From the NCBI GenBank assembly GCA_004022145.1, contig RCNU01000008.1: a DNA stretch of 64,000 nt; one strand, written 5' to 3'. The DNA is from Paecilomyces variotii. Lineage: Eukaryota. The notes below the pieces were generated by a model that was not told the DNA's origin, ran no database searches, and saw nothing but the letters and a program-made list of their open reading frames with translations. Position numbers and translations under genes: made by a program. Shown here piece by piece: positions 1 to 14,050 of the stretch (position 1 is the stretch's first letter; every line of letters begins with the position of its first letter).

Positions 1-186
1 TGGGGAGTTGCCCTGCCTGATTTCCAGACATTCATATCATAGTACCTAGTTACCTAATCTTTTATCTCTCTCTAACTAAGTACTTACTTCCCGGTGCGAA
101 GCATCAGGAGTCTGGGACTCTGCCAGATCTATCTCCTGCAGCTTCTTCGACCAGGGCGGCAGTCCACCCAGAAACAAGGGACCGAA

Positions 187-1549
187 ATGTCTGGAAATAC
201 AGATTTATCCAAAGATGTGCAACTTGCAAATGCACCCGAGGACAGTGTCTCCGACCTATCATGGTCGTCCGCGGGAAACTATCTAGCTGTCGCATCGTGG
301 GACAATAAAGTTCGGATTTACGATGTGACGCAGAATGCAACGGGCGAAGGAAAGGCAATGATCAGTTTTGATGCTCCGGTTTTGAGCTGTCGGTGGTCTA
401 AGGTGAGTTTTTTATTTTTTATTTTTTTATCTTTTTTCCTACGGAAATCGGGATTTTGACCGTTTTACTCTTTTGGCGCATCTGTATGTATTATTCAATT
501 TATAGTATACTTACAGTGGGCCCCGATATCAATGTCAAACTTATCATCCCATCGAGTATGATGCACTATACATTGATAGTATAGTTTTATACAAGAATAA
601 CTGCGCCTAACAATGAAAGCTCTATTATCAACTAAACTAACTAACTACAAAAACAGGACGGATCCAAAGTTGTCGGCGCAGGCGCAGACAATACAGCCCG
701 ACTACTCGACCTCGCCGCCAACGGGGCACCAGCACAGCAAGTCGCCGCACACGACGCTCCCATTAAATGCGTGCGGTTTTTCGAAGCGCCCAATTCCAAT
801 GCCCCTATGATTGCCACGGGGTCATGGGACAAGTCCGTCCGGTACTGGGACCTTCGACAATCGAATCCCGTCGCGACGCTGCAGTGTCCTGAAAGAGTCT
901 ATTCGATGGATATCAAAGACAAGCTCTTCGTTATTGGAACTGCTGAACGGCATATCAATATAGTTAATCTTGATAATCCGACGACGGTTTTCAAGACGCT
1001 TACGAGTCCGCTTAAGCAGCAAACGAGGGTGGTCAGTTGCGTTTTGGACGCGTCGGGGTTTGCGGTGGGGAGTATTGAGGGGAGGGTTGCGTTTCATTAT
1101 GTTGATGAGAAGAATTCAAGGTATGTATCTTTTTTTTTTTTTACACAAATGATTCAAAGGTTATAAGCTAACATAACCCCACCCACAACAGTCAAAACTT
1201 CTCCTTCAAATGCCACCGTGAAACACCAAGCAACAACAACAGCAAAGTCTATTCCGTCAACGCTATCTCCATCCATCCCGTCCAGGGCACCTTCGGCACC
1301 GCCGGGTCAGACGGAACATTCCACTTCTGGGATAAAGACGCTCGCTCTCGTCTAAAAGGCTACCCTAGCGTTGGGGGTTCTATCCCTGCCACTGCATTTA
1401 ACAAGGACGGAACCATCTTCTCATACGCTGTCAGTTATGACTGGAGCCAGGGATTCTCGTTGAATACGGCACAATATCCGAACAAGATCATGCTACATCA
1501 GACGAGTGACGACGAGTGTAAGAAGAGGACATCGACGAAGAAACGATGA
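187..1549 (+). CDS. RAE1: Rae1/Gle2/SonA-family WD40 mRNA export factor (3 exons: 187-402, 657-1120, 1192-1549)
   Basis: Spliced translation MSGNTDLSKDVQLANAPEDSVSDLSWS...ASWDNKVRIY...TGSWDKSVRYWDLRQ...GSIEGR...NFSFKCHR...AGSDGTFHFWDKD...YAVSYDWSQG matches the Rae1 pattern. GT..AG introns at 403-656 and 1121-1191 keep the frame. Confidence 0.93.
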
Positions 1550-2130
1550 AGACAATGGAACGTGTCTAATCCGGAAGTAATTGGATGGGGGAAAAGCGCT
1601 TTTTCTTTTTTGTTGTTGTCGGAGTATTATCGGTGCGGAGAAGCCTCTTTGAGGCTTCCCCCTTTCTGTATTTTCAACCTGTCCGTTCTACATAGGATTC
1701 TCATGTGGTTGAGCTCTGATTCTCTAATATAGTTCCAAATTCTATTATCATTACTTAATTGGAGAAATTTGTGTCAAGTTCAAAGGTCTAATAATGGAGA
1801 CTTCGAACCGACCACTACTTAAGTCAGACTATGAGATGCTCAAACCCAGGGACTCAGTCCTTAAATGCGGAACCAAAACCACACCGATGACATTAAAACC
1901 ATCAAACTCATACATACATACAGGCATAACAGACATAACAGACATAGATACATAGCTGCCGGACATGGCAAGAGATGACACACGTAAAGGCGTTTTCCCA
2001 TGTCCGTATCAAATCACAAATCATCAAAATCAATCTTAGGTATCCCTCGTGTCAAAACATGACGACATCAAATCTAAACCGTGTACTCCAAACAATCAGA
2101 AAAAAGCAAATCAAGTCACGTGCACAGCGA

Positions 2131-5100
2131 TTATTTCTTCCAGAACATCAAGGTTCCCGCCAGGCTTCCCGTCTTTCTCTTCACGGTCCAGCCCATGTCC
2201 GTGATCTTGTCTCTGATGCCTGCTTTGCCGCCATAAGTTGTCGAACCACCGGTGGTGCTTTGGTTTCCACGGGATGATCCAGAGCCTCCAATGTTGCCAG
2301 CTGCAAACTTCATCTTTCCCTCAGCAATCTTATGTATCACGTTGAGAACAGCGAAAGTGCCAGATCCAATTGCTCTGAAGGCTGCAAGGGCTGCCACAGA
2401 CCAAAGAATGATGGCGAGATATATGTTTGTGCCACCGTGATCCGTGCCATAGGCTTCGGAAACAGCCATCGCCAGAACAGTGTTCGCAATCATCCAGATA
2501 GACACCATGTACGTTCGTACTGCGCGGTAGTAATCTTCTTGTAGTTGACTTTCCGGCACGGGTGGAGCCGGGACCTCCAGGCGATCACGCAGATTGCGAA
2601 GTGCCGCATCATATCCACTATCAATATCGAGCTGCTCAGATGGCATCTCCAGTTCAACAGTGGAGCCACCAGTGGCCCGAGCAGCTCCCAGGTCCGTATG
2701 GATCATGTTATCACCTTTAGTACCCCACGTCACATCGTGCGTATTGCAGAAAGCGTACACCTGCAAAGTACAGATGTAACTAGGCAGGAGAGCGAAGTAC
2801 TGCGCAGACGAGGTAAACATATGCCAAGGGTCAAGGTATAGGAATGACATAAAGAAGTAAAGGCCGATGGTGGAGAGTGTCGATACGATGATATTCGTGA
2901 ACAAGTTGTTCCCAATCGTCAGATCGGAGTTCGGATTGTTTCGTTCCACGAGTTCTTTGGCAACCATGTATATGGCAGCAAAAGACGTGTAAGCCATAAT
3001 AAGACTATAGACACACATTCCAAACAGGAACATCTTTTTGGCACTATCGGAATATCAGCAACCAGTCACCTGATATGGATCTTTTGGTCAACTCACCCTT
3101 GAGGCCGATTGCCCATGGATAGAATAAACTGGAGAGCCATGAGCAAGACACATGCATATCGCAAGATAACGAATATGTATTTTCCCATATTGTGACCGAA
3201 TGGATCAACTTTTGGATCACTCAGAGATCCCGCAATGAAATAAAACGCCAGGTAGAAGTTTGCCTGGACTCTTGTCAGCCAGACGCTCTGGGGCCATGAA
3301 TGTCACTAAGCACTTACCAAACCGAAGTACGTGAACAGGAGCTGGAAAAACTGGTAGACGAATTCTACGTGTAGAAGTATCTTTCGTACAAGAGTATGGT
3401 CGGTTTTCCAGATCTGGCGCCAGTTGACAATAGAGTACACGGCGGCGAAGAAGGCTCCGTTCAGCCATCGACGACGTTGAGAAATGAACTCGGGAATTGA
3501 ATCTGAGCAAGGTTAACAACAAATTACCTCCGCGGAAGGTAACAGGGTTTGCATACCAGGTACATCAGTCTCTCCAACAGCGGACTTGACAAACTTCAGG
3601 ACCCATCTCTCCTCTCTCTTAGCGACCAACTCCCAGCAGAGAATTCGATCCTCAGCTAGGTACATGTTGGCAGTGAAGACATCCGCATCTTGACCATGGA
3701 GGGTCTCTCCCTTGAAGTATTGGCTCAGAGGACCATGGCCAGTGCTGTCGTTCTGCAGGGCGTAGTAACGATAAGCACTCAGCGCACCGGGTAACACAGT
3801 GATGTATCCGAAGACCGATTCCAGCGGTTTATCCAAGATGTTAGACATCTTGTATTCGAAGTTCTGCGAAGCAACCAATGGATTAAGCAGACCCAACCAG
3901 CCCTTGCCCTTTCCAGCTTTGATCTCACCGGCCGCACCGGCGACATTGGAGTCCTGATCGAAAGCCTTCCAGAGATGGTACAGGGCTGTAGGCGCAGGCT
4001 TTGTACCAACATCGAGCAGAATGCAGACGTTTGGCTGCAAGGCCCGACCAAATGCATTGAAGAACCAACGGTGTGAATTGAGCTTCTTCAAGTTACGTTC
4101 TTTCAAGCAGAAAATAACCTGGCAAGGGACGATTCCCTTCTCAGCACCCTTGAACTTGAGATCAGCGTCAAGTGACACCTGGGTGGTGTACTCATAAACG
4201 TGAGCCTGGACCTCTTTCTGGTTGACAATGTTCTTCGCGATACCATCTTGGTAGATACCCATCGCTGCAAGAGCATTCAGCGTGCGCGGATGGACCTTCT
4301 GACGTCCATCTGAAATGATACAGACAACGATCTTTTGCCATCCATCCTTACCCCAGGTACGCGACTTGCTGCGCGAACAGAAATGGCTGATGTTCCGCAT
4401 AATACCGTGCATCGTGCGAGTGAAGTCGATTTCATTCTCGTTATACATGGTGACACAGATCAGCAGTTCCGTCTCCCTCGCAGTGCTTCCAATCTGCTGG
4501 CGCAGCTTGTAGCCTCTAAGAGTGAAGTCATCCGGGTCGCAAGTCACGGCAGTATATCTCATGTGCGTAAACTCACGCTCGTCTCTGCGTGGTAGGAAAC
4601 TGTGCAAGATTGTCGGGATCTTACACTCAAGGACTAATTCACCGTTGATCAACTGGACCTCCTTCCTCGTCACCTGGGCCTGACGGACACCGCGACGACT
4701 CTGTTTTTCTGGTGCTGGACCATAGTGCATGTTCCCGTCGGCCATCTCGTCCGCGTCATCAAGTTCATCTAGATCGACCTTGCTCATCTCGTCCTTTTCA
4801 TCCGTAACCATGGTTGATTCACTCATAAAGGTATCGTAAGACACAACACTGGCCCTAGCGTCGTTCCTGTCGACTCTACGGCGTCCACTTCCAAAAACAT
4901 CATCATCGCCATCAGGGCCGTCACCGATGTCAATGCTCGTTTCCATTCCATCGCCAGCTGCCGTTGGGGCAGCGAACAACGGCGCGGGAGGTAGCGGCCT
5001 CCTTGGACTACCTCCATACCTTGAACTAGGCGTTCCAGGTCGAGGTCCTCCGTTCAACTCGGGCGGCTCGTAGTTCACGCTTGACACAGAGGGTGGAGGC

Positions 5101-5999
5101 GGAGGTCTAGCCCATTCTGACCCTCGAGATGGTGTCCACGGTCTCGTTGGAGAACCCACTCGAGGTGGAAACGTTGGACCGTCGGTGACAGAGGCTGAGA
5201 AATTGGGAGCATGACCAAGACTGGAACCCGGGCGTGAACTCGTACTTGCCGGGTAATAGCGCGAAGACGGTCTCGTGGGCGATACACTAGGAGGTTCTTC
5301 GTCAGCAACTTTATCTCCAGAAGTCGTTTCCTGTGGTGTTCGGCGTCTCTTAAAAGCCAGTCTCGCTTTAACACGGGTCATTCTCCTCTCAATGGTTGCA
5401 GCAGCATGGGACATCGGACTTCCTTCGGGGGTTGTTGATTTTTTGGCAGAATGGAATAGAGGCAAGGGAACAGCCGCTGAGGGTATGTGTTCTTTCATGG
5501 GATCGATCTCTTGGGCAAAATTGCCACTTTTTTCATCATCATCATCATCCTTGTGGATACCAATCTGTGGTTTGGGTTCTGCAGAGGGTTCCTGGCTCGT
5601 CTCCGTGTAAGGGAGTACGGGAAAACGTGAAGGGATGCAAAAATCAGGGTATATCGGGGTCCTTGCAAACGACGACTTATTGTTCATTGAAAACCTATCC
5701 GGCGTGTTTCCCGGAAGGGAAGGTAGTGAAGCAGAAGAAACCAAATTCTGGGTGATGGGTACAACGTACGGTCTGGACTGCGGCAACGGTCTCTGGTGGA
5801 AATGCGTCGGGCTTCCGAGGTCACTCATATCGTCGTCAAGATCAGAATTTGCCGGCAATAATCTCATTGTCGACTCCCTTTGCGGTGCAATGGGAGAATC
5901 GTTGTCGGAAATGACGGACGATGCGTAAGGGTACGCGGGCGGCTCTTCCTCATAACTTGGGGCAGGAGGATATGCCCTGGAAGGTGTCGAGCGATCCAT
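2131..5999 (-). CDS. chsA: Chitin synthase, class II (ChsA in A. nidulans naming); exons 5999-3557, 3502-3318, 3263-3097, 3043-2131
   Basis: Contains [50 protein letters not shown] and QRRRW (exon 2), a multi-TM C-terminus ending with HDVTWGTKG region, and the N-terminal [23 protein letters not shown] segment typical of class II. The start codon is the first in-frame ATG and is inferred. Confidence 0.93.
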
Positions 6000-8900
6000 A
6001 GTGTTGATATACTGCTGTCTCAGCGATCCAGCGTACACATAGTCCTCAGTTCGATGTGAGAGGAGACGAGGATTGCCTCCACTATGTGGAAACACGACCC
6101 GTCAGACGTGAGACGGCAGAGGATTGATTCGATCGGATTCCCTACGGTTTTGCGGTCAATCAGCAGAACTGCAAGAATCATATATCAATCAGATGAACAG
6201 TTGTGTTTCACCTGGTGGAACAAAGCCAGTATCACATACCACTATCCCGCTTCCTTCAGATAGCCCTCTTATCGGCAGAGCGGCACAAACAAGGCGACTC
6301 GATTGTAGATGTTGCAAAGGATTCAGATGTGATACAAACAACTCTGATAGCGCAACAATGAGAAATAAATTCGAAAAGACAGTCTTAAAGAACACCTTCA
6401 AGAAGTACGAATATGCACGGAAGATGCGTAAGAGCAATGTTTCGTTGACGGTGAGGTCAGCTCGGGAAGTAATTACTTCGATGGGCTTGCGTGGGGAGGA
6501 AACGGCGTCTCCACGGCAACGGACGATCTTCCTGGACCATCGCGATATATCAATAATATCCACAGCCCTACCAGAGCGCACGGAAGCAAGGACTTTGGCC
6601 CCATGCTTCTATTTATGTAAGCTTGTTTTGGCGCCTCTTTGCTTCGTCGTGAAACAAGTCTGTTTACAACTTTAAATAGGTGAATGCTCTTTTGACGGAC
6701 GATACATGCAAAGGCAAATTCAAAAATACTAATGAATGAAGATCAATTTTCGTCATTCTATCTCCTAGCTATCAATTCGAGATCTGATAATAATACATGC
6801 TGGAACCCCCCTAAGATACACAACAAGCAATATGAGGTGGGACTCTCAACTGGTTCCAGAATGGCCATAGTCGCGGCAAAAAGGAATACCCCAATCTGGA
6901 GGTGATCCGGCTTTTACATTCTCACGGGCCGTTTGGTAGCGTGGTAGTTATTATACCCGACACAATAGCGCAATAGCCGTCGATCATTCTTGTCGGGTTT
7001 ATCGATGTTAATGCTATCTTTTTTTTGATAATAGTCTGAGCGATTTTTCAATAGTCTCGCCACCGATTCCGATGAGGGCATAATAAATGACCGTCAGGCC
7101 ATTGTGATACTTGGCGTTAATGTTGATCCTTTCGACATCCAGAAGAAGCTTGATCATATCGACAAGTCGTCTTTCGGCAACTCGACGAAACCAATTAGTC
7201 TGAAAAGACGTGACCCATCGAGAGTCTTTTCAAATAGCTCGTTGATGAACGTCACACTTTAGTTCAGCTTTACCAAAGCAACGTCCATATGAATAAGTCC
7301 CCAATAATAACCTCACCAAATAGTGCGTTAGAAAGATAAAGATAATAAATAGATTTTCACATCATATAGATATCCTGGAAACCCATGAGCTGCAACCATT
7401 ATATATAAAAACCAAGATTGTCCCTTATAATGATACCAGAGGACATTACCATGTCAGATCCGTCTTTGATGTCCTTGCGAAAAAATCGCGAATTGAATCA
7501 AAGACCCGATCAACAGCTGCTTCATTGTCCTGAAGAGCTAGCTTCTCAGATACTGCAATTCTCAATCAACTGCAGCGGTATATCAGAATAGACAGTTATC
7601 CTTTGGATTTGCTGTAACATATATGACATAGGACACCTGCGAGTTTCTTCGGCCATGGCTTTGGTGGTAGCTGATCAACATAGTATACTAAGATTCAATC
7701 ATCGAAGTCAATGTTATAAGTAATAGAGAACTTCAAAGAGAAGCTTAATATCCTCAGTCTCATAAAATTTTCTAGAACTTAACGTGAATTAAGTAGGCAG
7801 AATAACCCCTCGAAATTATAACAGGGCGAGCCAATGAGGACAAAGATCAGGTTCATGGTAACAATTCTATATAATCTTCAGAGGACATCATAGCTCTAAA
7901 TTCTTATTAGCACGAACTAGTTCAATAAGTTCGAATCGATTTGATGATATTGTCTTACCTATAATCATTTCACTACCTGGAAAAAGATCTGCTGCGAAGT
8001 TGGGGGAGAGGTCTAATAACAAATTAAACCGGATCTGAAATTATTTTAAATAGAGCCCACTGGGGAGATAATGAGCAAGTTTTTTGTTTTAGAAACGGAA
8101 GACTCAAGAGGTGGACTAATTCTCCGCTTTTTATATTATATAAGGAAGATTCCTCTAAAGGCTCCTTAGAAGGTTCCCGTCGAGGAGAAATGAGGATTAC
8201 TTCTAATAGACATGACGAACCCATTTTAAGAAAGGCTCCAAAACTGGAGGAGATAAAGGAGGATGGATCAGTTGATAAAAAAAAGTATATGATACGCAGC
8301 TCACACCTAATATACTGAGGACTGTAATGATATGAGTCATTATGAGGTCGGCTTAAGTCGAATACTCAGTTTAGATAGCGACAGTCTCAAGTGAATGCCT
8401 ACCTACCTAGGTAGTCTAGGCAGTGACTGAGAGGTGAATAGGTCAGATTCGAAAACGATGCGATAGTCCAGCGATGTGATTGGCTTCAGGTGTAGTCCAG
8501 TTGCGGGACACTTCCCCAGCTAAGTACACCCTAGACACAGTACAACGCCAGCAGTATATTTTCCCCCATTTTCCCACTTTAAACCAAGAAAAAAGAACCA
8601 GCTCCTTGCATCGCCTATAGACGCCGATCTGAAACGTAAATATGAGAGTTAAATTGGACGTGATTATACTTATGGTATTAGTGAAGCGCTACGGGCCGTG
8701 GCGGCATGTACGCGCCGATCAGTGCAAGACGAGAGACTCAAAAGAAGTTAGTGACATATTACCAGTAGTTAGATATACTTAGTGGACTGTCAATCCGATC
8801 CATTTCTCCCGATGCAAGTAGACTAAACAAGACGTGCTCGGTCCATATGTAATAGAACTCTCAGACGGACCCCAAAAATATGAAACGCCTGGCAAAATAG

Positions 8901-9182
8901 TCGAGCACGTTCGAGACTCAAAATGCAAGTGGTATGATAGGTCATTTATCGCACGAGGGAAGTTTTTAACTTTGGAGCTCTGGGAAGAAGCGAGCTGAAT
9001 ATCGGGTACAATTGAAACTTCTGGAATGAATTTGGAATGCGCTTCAGGCCATATCCGAGATTGGAACAATTTGCTAACCAACAAGGGTCAATCTGTGCTT
9101 ATCCATCATTATCTTCGATTCGGTCAACTTCTCATCATGAGTAACTATTGGCGATGTGATGCCTATGTTAGATGGCGCTGAT

Positions 9183-10250
9183 TTAGGCGCTCTCATTGAG
9201 CAAGGGTGCTCTCTCGCGATCGGTGGCTTCGGGCTCGGCGATGCGCCTCCAGAAAACGGTGCGGTTGTTGTATACGGCCGAGGAGGTGTAGAGAGAGCTA
9301 ACAAGGAGCACGCCGAAGATGACGAAGGCGAAGATCCACTGCAATCCGAAAACCTTGATGGCGAATTGCTTCAACGCAAGGGCTGATCAACGTTAGTCAT
9401 TGAGGGCACTACTGCCGTCAGAGATGCAACTTACAGAGAGTTAGGAAACTGAGAGAGTATCCCAGCAGATAATCCTTCGCGACAAGGATGTGGAACTGTC
9501 CGAAGATAAAGATCACCCAGATGAAGACATTGGCCACGAGTCTTGCTGCGAGACTGTTGCTACCCACAGCGACAGCACCGTTCCAGAACAGCGCCGTGAT
9601 CGTCCATGCATACGGGCCTGCGACAGCAGGCAGATGCACGAAGGCCGGGAGAGCCGGGTGTCTCCAGTAGGCAATCGACTGGTTCAGGAAGTGCGCGATC
9701 AGAATGATCTCCGCACCCCAGAAATGGTTGCGAACCCAGAGCAGAATCCAGGCAAAGACGAACAGGTTGTTGAGAACGAAGTGTCCAGCGACATTGGCGG
9801 CTGCAGTCACCAGAGCCGTCTCCTTGGAGAAGAGATGCCAGACATAGCTCAGTTGGGACAGCAGAAGCAGGATCCTTGAGTGGTAAAGAGTTAGCATTGT
9901 CTGTCATATTCCTTTCCAGACATATACCCAGGATGCTTACCAGTAGATACCGGTAACGATGGCGCTCTGCGTAAATGGAGTTGTGTGCTTATTTCCCTGC
10001 TTCCAGATCCTGTGCCCATGCTTCACATCGTCCGGCGAGTGCGAAGAATAGTATATACCCACGATGACCACGAGTAGCCATGTCACCAGGACCAGGACGC
10101 GATGAGTGACCAAGGTATTCCTGCTATAGGACTCGTGCCTGGCGAACGGATTATCTGCGGTGAGAGCCCGTGTCAGTTTCCATGGTTCGACGTCATAGTA
10201 TACTCTCCCGACGATATGAGAGAAAACGCGGGCTCCTTACAGATTGCCAT
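9183..10250 (-). CDS. Fungal multi-pass membrane protein, DUF1774-like
   Basis: Spliced product MAI|YNPFARHESYSRNTLVTHRVLVLVTWLL...TPFTQSAIVTGIYW|ILLLLSQLSYVWHLFS...VAGHFVLNNLF...LQWIFAFVI...DRERAPLLNESA. Canonical introns and several hydrophobic helices. Family name is from recall. Confidence 0.8.
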
Positions 10251-12079
10251 GGCGGATACTGCGCCTGAGGACGTTAGACTTTTCTCGGACACCAAATGTA
10301 ATATTATTATTAACACCTCTGGTGAACAACGTTGCTCAATTATCGATAATTATTGATTTGACGACGATATCCAATCCAAGCAGTGGCTGCTTGAAGCTAA
10401 CGAGATCCAAAAATTCAGGAGAAGCAAAAAAAAAGAAAGACGCCCAGGCAGCAGGCAGCCATGACGCTTTTTGTACCTCTGGAGCAAGGTAACTAGTTAA
10501 ACCAGGTCGCCGGATCGAGAGAGAACCTTGGAAGAAGCGTGACAAGCCTCGTCGATGTCGTAAGACACTTTTTTTTTCTTACGCTCCACTGCCGATCTTC
10601 TTCTGATCGTCTTTAGTGTAATTAATTACTCTAGATACGCTCAGACACCCATGCTCATTAATATTGTCCCTAGTCTAGCTGCGTCGTGCTGTCTGTCTGC
10701 TTACTTGCTTTGGCGCATTTCCCCGCATTTTGTTTCAACATGAACGCGTGATCCCGGTGATGAATCTTCCGACGAGTGATAGTTGCGCATTGCGCGCTCC
10801 TGGCTGAAATGAAATATGGCGTACCATAGTATTCTAGACCATACTTTACCAGTATGGTACTCTAGTGTAGAGTAAGGAAATAGATGATTTAACCCTGCTT
10901 TCTTCCTGGCTATATATAGCCTCGTCAAGTTAGTTAACCCAACCACATATGTAAAAAGAATTAATCCACAATATACTTTCTAAACTTCTCTATTAAACCC
11001 CTCCCTAATCTAATCTGTAATAATTACCATCCATAACATCCCCAAAGACAACACCCCAAAGGAAAGCAGATCATATATGAGAAATAATCAATGACGACAC
11101 CTTGACGAAACATCCACAACGCACCGACTTCGGTCCATCCATCCAATCGGCAACCTTCCCGTCTTCCATGTGCTCCACTCTCGAGATGTGACACACACCT
11201 CGGACGGAGATAACTATCACATCAGTCTCTGTGAGAGTAGCTGACTCTAGTCGATCCCCCGTCTTGTTGATAACATATAGTGCAGAAGAACTAGCTATCT
11301 CCAATTTGAAATGTCGCTTAATTTCAAAGTAGGTAGTTAGGTACCTAGTCATCAAGAACCATCCCGTCCGACACCGGAGAGAGACTCCTGCAGTTGCTAC
11401 CATCCACCAAGGTTGCGTTGCTCCCGGCTAGGTAACCTACCAGGTGCTAACTACCTACCTACTAGGTGTTTAACATTTACCTAAATTACTACTACTAATG
11501 TAACTACTAGGATATATCACGTCTTATACCTAGCTGAGAAACTCTTCCCGATAGATATACTCTAAATGCTGGTGGCCCAGATGAGGTGCGGAGAGCAGGA
11601 GTAGTTAATGCGTGTGCGTACTCCGTACTCTGGAATTTGTGGGATGTAGCGTCTAAAGATGTCTGATGGTTTATATATGGGTGGTGTGGTGGCCTTTTGG
11701 AACATGGAGGGTTGTGACACATCCTTCTCTATGTCGGATGTTGTACAATGTATGGTGTCTGGATCTATCTGGACTGCGCTTCCAATTTTGGGCGTAGGCT
11801 TGATGCTGGACCAAAGCAACTGCAAGACCAGGATCGTTGTGTGGTGAAAATATGCTCGTGGATGGTCTGATTGAAACCGGGGATGAAGATCATGTGGATC
11901 GACTCAAGGCACCAGGATCGTGCAAAGACATTGAACCATTGGATAATACTAGTAACTAACTAACTAACCATAATCATACCCTCCCAAGGTCTATGTCTAT
12001 CATTGCCCAGTTCATGTATAATACCAAACAGAAACACAAAAAAAAAACTTTCATGTAACTCAAAACGCCCAGCGTGCAT

Positions 12080-13153
12080 CTAACAGTCAACTTCCTTCAG
12101 GTACTGCTGAACAGCCTCTAATAGTTTACCGTGAATACTTTCTGGCGCCACTACCATCCCGTAGCAACCAGCGATAGTCCTTCCTAGTCCGCAATCGACC
12201 GATGCGCCATCCAAGTCAGTAATCTTGGCCCCAATCTCCTCCACAATGAGCATCCCGCCCGCATGATCCCATAGGTTCGAGCGATAGCCTTTCTTTCGCG
12301 GGATCTTGATCATGGCGTTGCAACCGCCGACGGCAATAGCAATATATCGCATCTGGGCCGACCAAAGGTTCGTGGTCGGTGGCCACGGCGCTCCCAATCG
12401 AGTAATCACCTGCTTATGCTTCTCACAATCCGAGGAATTGGCGGTTAAGCAGTCAACAAAGCGTAGCTCGCTGGTACTCGAAACGGGGGGAAGTTTCTCA
12501 AGTCGTTTTGCTGGAAGTAGCGCACCACGACCCATTGGCCGAACAGTAGCACCGTGTCCAGCGATGGCGGAGATCATTAGGCCATAGCCGTCCTTATCGA
12601 CGACATCCTCGAAGATCTGCCCTTTCTCCAAATTCAGGTTCGGACAACCCAACACACCGAGCTTTTGCTCTCCATCTTCTACTAATGCAAGACAGACTGC
12701 ATACTGCTGACCGTTCATGAAAGTCGCCGTCCCGTCCACAGGGTCGAGGACCCAAATGCGGCCGCTGCGTCCGCCATCGCCGTTCCCTCCGAGATCGATG
12801 AGATCGAGCATCTCGTCCTTTGTTTCAGGAGCTGCTAGGAGAGACTCAATCTGGGGATCATCCAGTCTTGTCGTGGATACGAGCCCCCAGACACGGTCGA
12901 GTAGTTCAGCGTCATCTCGGAGAGACTGTGCAGATTCCTCGCCCACGAATTTGTCGTCCGGAAAGGTCTGATGTAGTGCACTGATTATGAGAGCCTGGGC
13001 TGCAAAGTCTGCTATCGTCACTGGGGTTGAGTCATGCTTGTCCAAAGCTCCCTTGTCCACGGCCTCGAGGACGGTTTTGGTAAGAAGAGCTGCCCGCTGC
13101 ACAACCAGCGAGGCAATGTTAAGTTCCTTGGCGTATGGTACTGATAGATCCAT
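12080..13153 (-). CDS. Inositol monophosphatase-superfamily protein, HAL2/MET22-like 3'(2'),5'-bisphosphate nucleotidase (intronless)
   Basis: Motifs KxDxTPVTIADFAAQA, VGEES, WVLDPVDGT, GVLGCPNL and WDHAGGMLIVEE. ATG at 13153 (MDLSVPY). Confidence 0.9.
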   Translation of the reverse strand: MDLSVPYAKELNIASLVVQRAALLTKTVLEAVDKGALDKHDSTPVTIADFAAQALIISALHQTFPDDKFVGEESAQSLRDDAELLDRVWGLVSTTRLDDPQIESLLAAPETKDEMLDLIDLGGNGDGGRSGRIWVLDPVDGTATFMNGQQYAVCLALVEDGEQKLGVLGCPNLNLEKGQIFEDVVDKDGYGLMISAIAGHGATVRPMGRGALLPAKRLEKLPPVSSTSELRFVDCLTANSSDCEKHKQVITRLGAPWPPTTNLWSAQMRYIAIAVGGCNAMIKIPRKKGYRSNLWDHAGGMLIVEEIGAKITDLDGASVDCGLGRTIAGCYGMVVAPESIHGKLLEAVQQYLKEVDC

Positions 13154-14050
13154 CTTAACTGTATGTATATATGAATGTTGATAGTGAGTGGTGTGTGGGA
13201 TATGTTTCCCCAAGAGAAGTAGGCTCGTCGCCTAAGTATTCAGTTTCCGCACTTTCCCAATTTGACAATTTATTGTAGAACCAGAGCACCGAGATCGGGA
13301 AAGACTCAGCGGAGAAGAACAATTGGCGAATAAACTCAGACAGATAATTTTATAGGACCAAAACGACAGCCAATCTAGCCACCTAAGTGGTAGCCGATGG
13401 GTGCAAGGGCCACGTGCAGATATCTGCACACGGGTAAGAGATGGAGTGGAAACAAGTTCTCAATCTTCAGCCACACGTAAACACTTAACCAACAAATACC
13501 ACAAAAGCTCGAAAGGGGCACTCCTGTCGAACATAAAAGACAGCTCGTGCAAGGGTAAGAGTCCGATGTTCAGATAGACGTCAGTGGCGGCGAAGCAAGC
13601 TCCATATGACCTAAAGCTGCCTGTGGGGTTCGAGATGATTTCCGCTCACGGCATACCGGTGTCCCTCGGAACAGCAATTTTCCGACGAAAGGTGATGTCT
13701 ATTAATATTTGGATTTCAGGAAATACCATAAACAGCCTTATATTAACATACGAGTGTGGAGGGTTGGCACTGGTCTACAGGGTGACACAATGCGGGATAT
13801 CCTGGGCCCATTGTAACTGTCTATTGTTATATTGTCTCATAAGAATAGCATTATCAATATAGATCTCTCAGATGCGACCGAAGCCGGGTACAGCGGTTGC
13901 ATCGGATCAGGTCCGTCAATTCACCAAGCGCTCTGTCATAAGGTTGGTGTTCAAGGCATTATCCAAGTCATTAGCATCCTAAAAATCCAGACCAATCATG
14001 TACCGAAAAGAGAAAAAGCATCAAGTTACAGCCAACCCAGATCTATCCAT

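Noticed and set aside
6124..6675. 183-aa and 130-aa overlapping ORFs upstream of chitin synthase
   Set aside because: Non-ATG starts, no recognisable motifs, and they lie in the likely 5' UTR or promoter.
11071..11847. Short ORFs between the DUF1774-like and nucleotidase genes
   Set aside because: No family motifs or supporting splice structure; they cross low-complexity TAGGTA tracts.
13581..13606. Short similarity to the 3' end of lap1 (GGCGAAGCAAGCTC)
   Set aside because: Too short and gapped to distinguish from chance.
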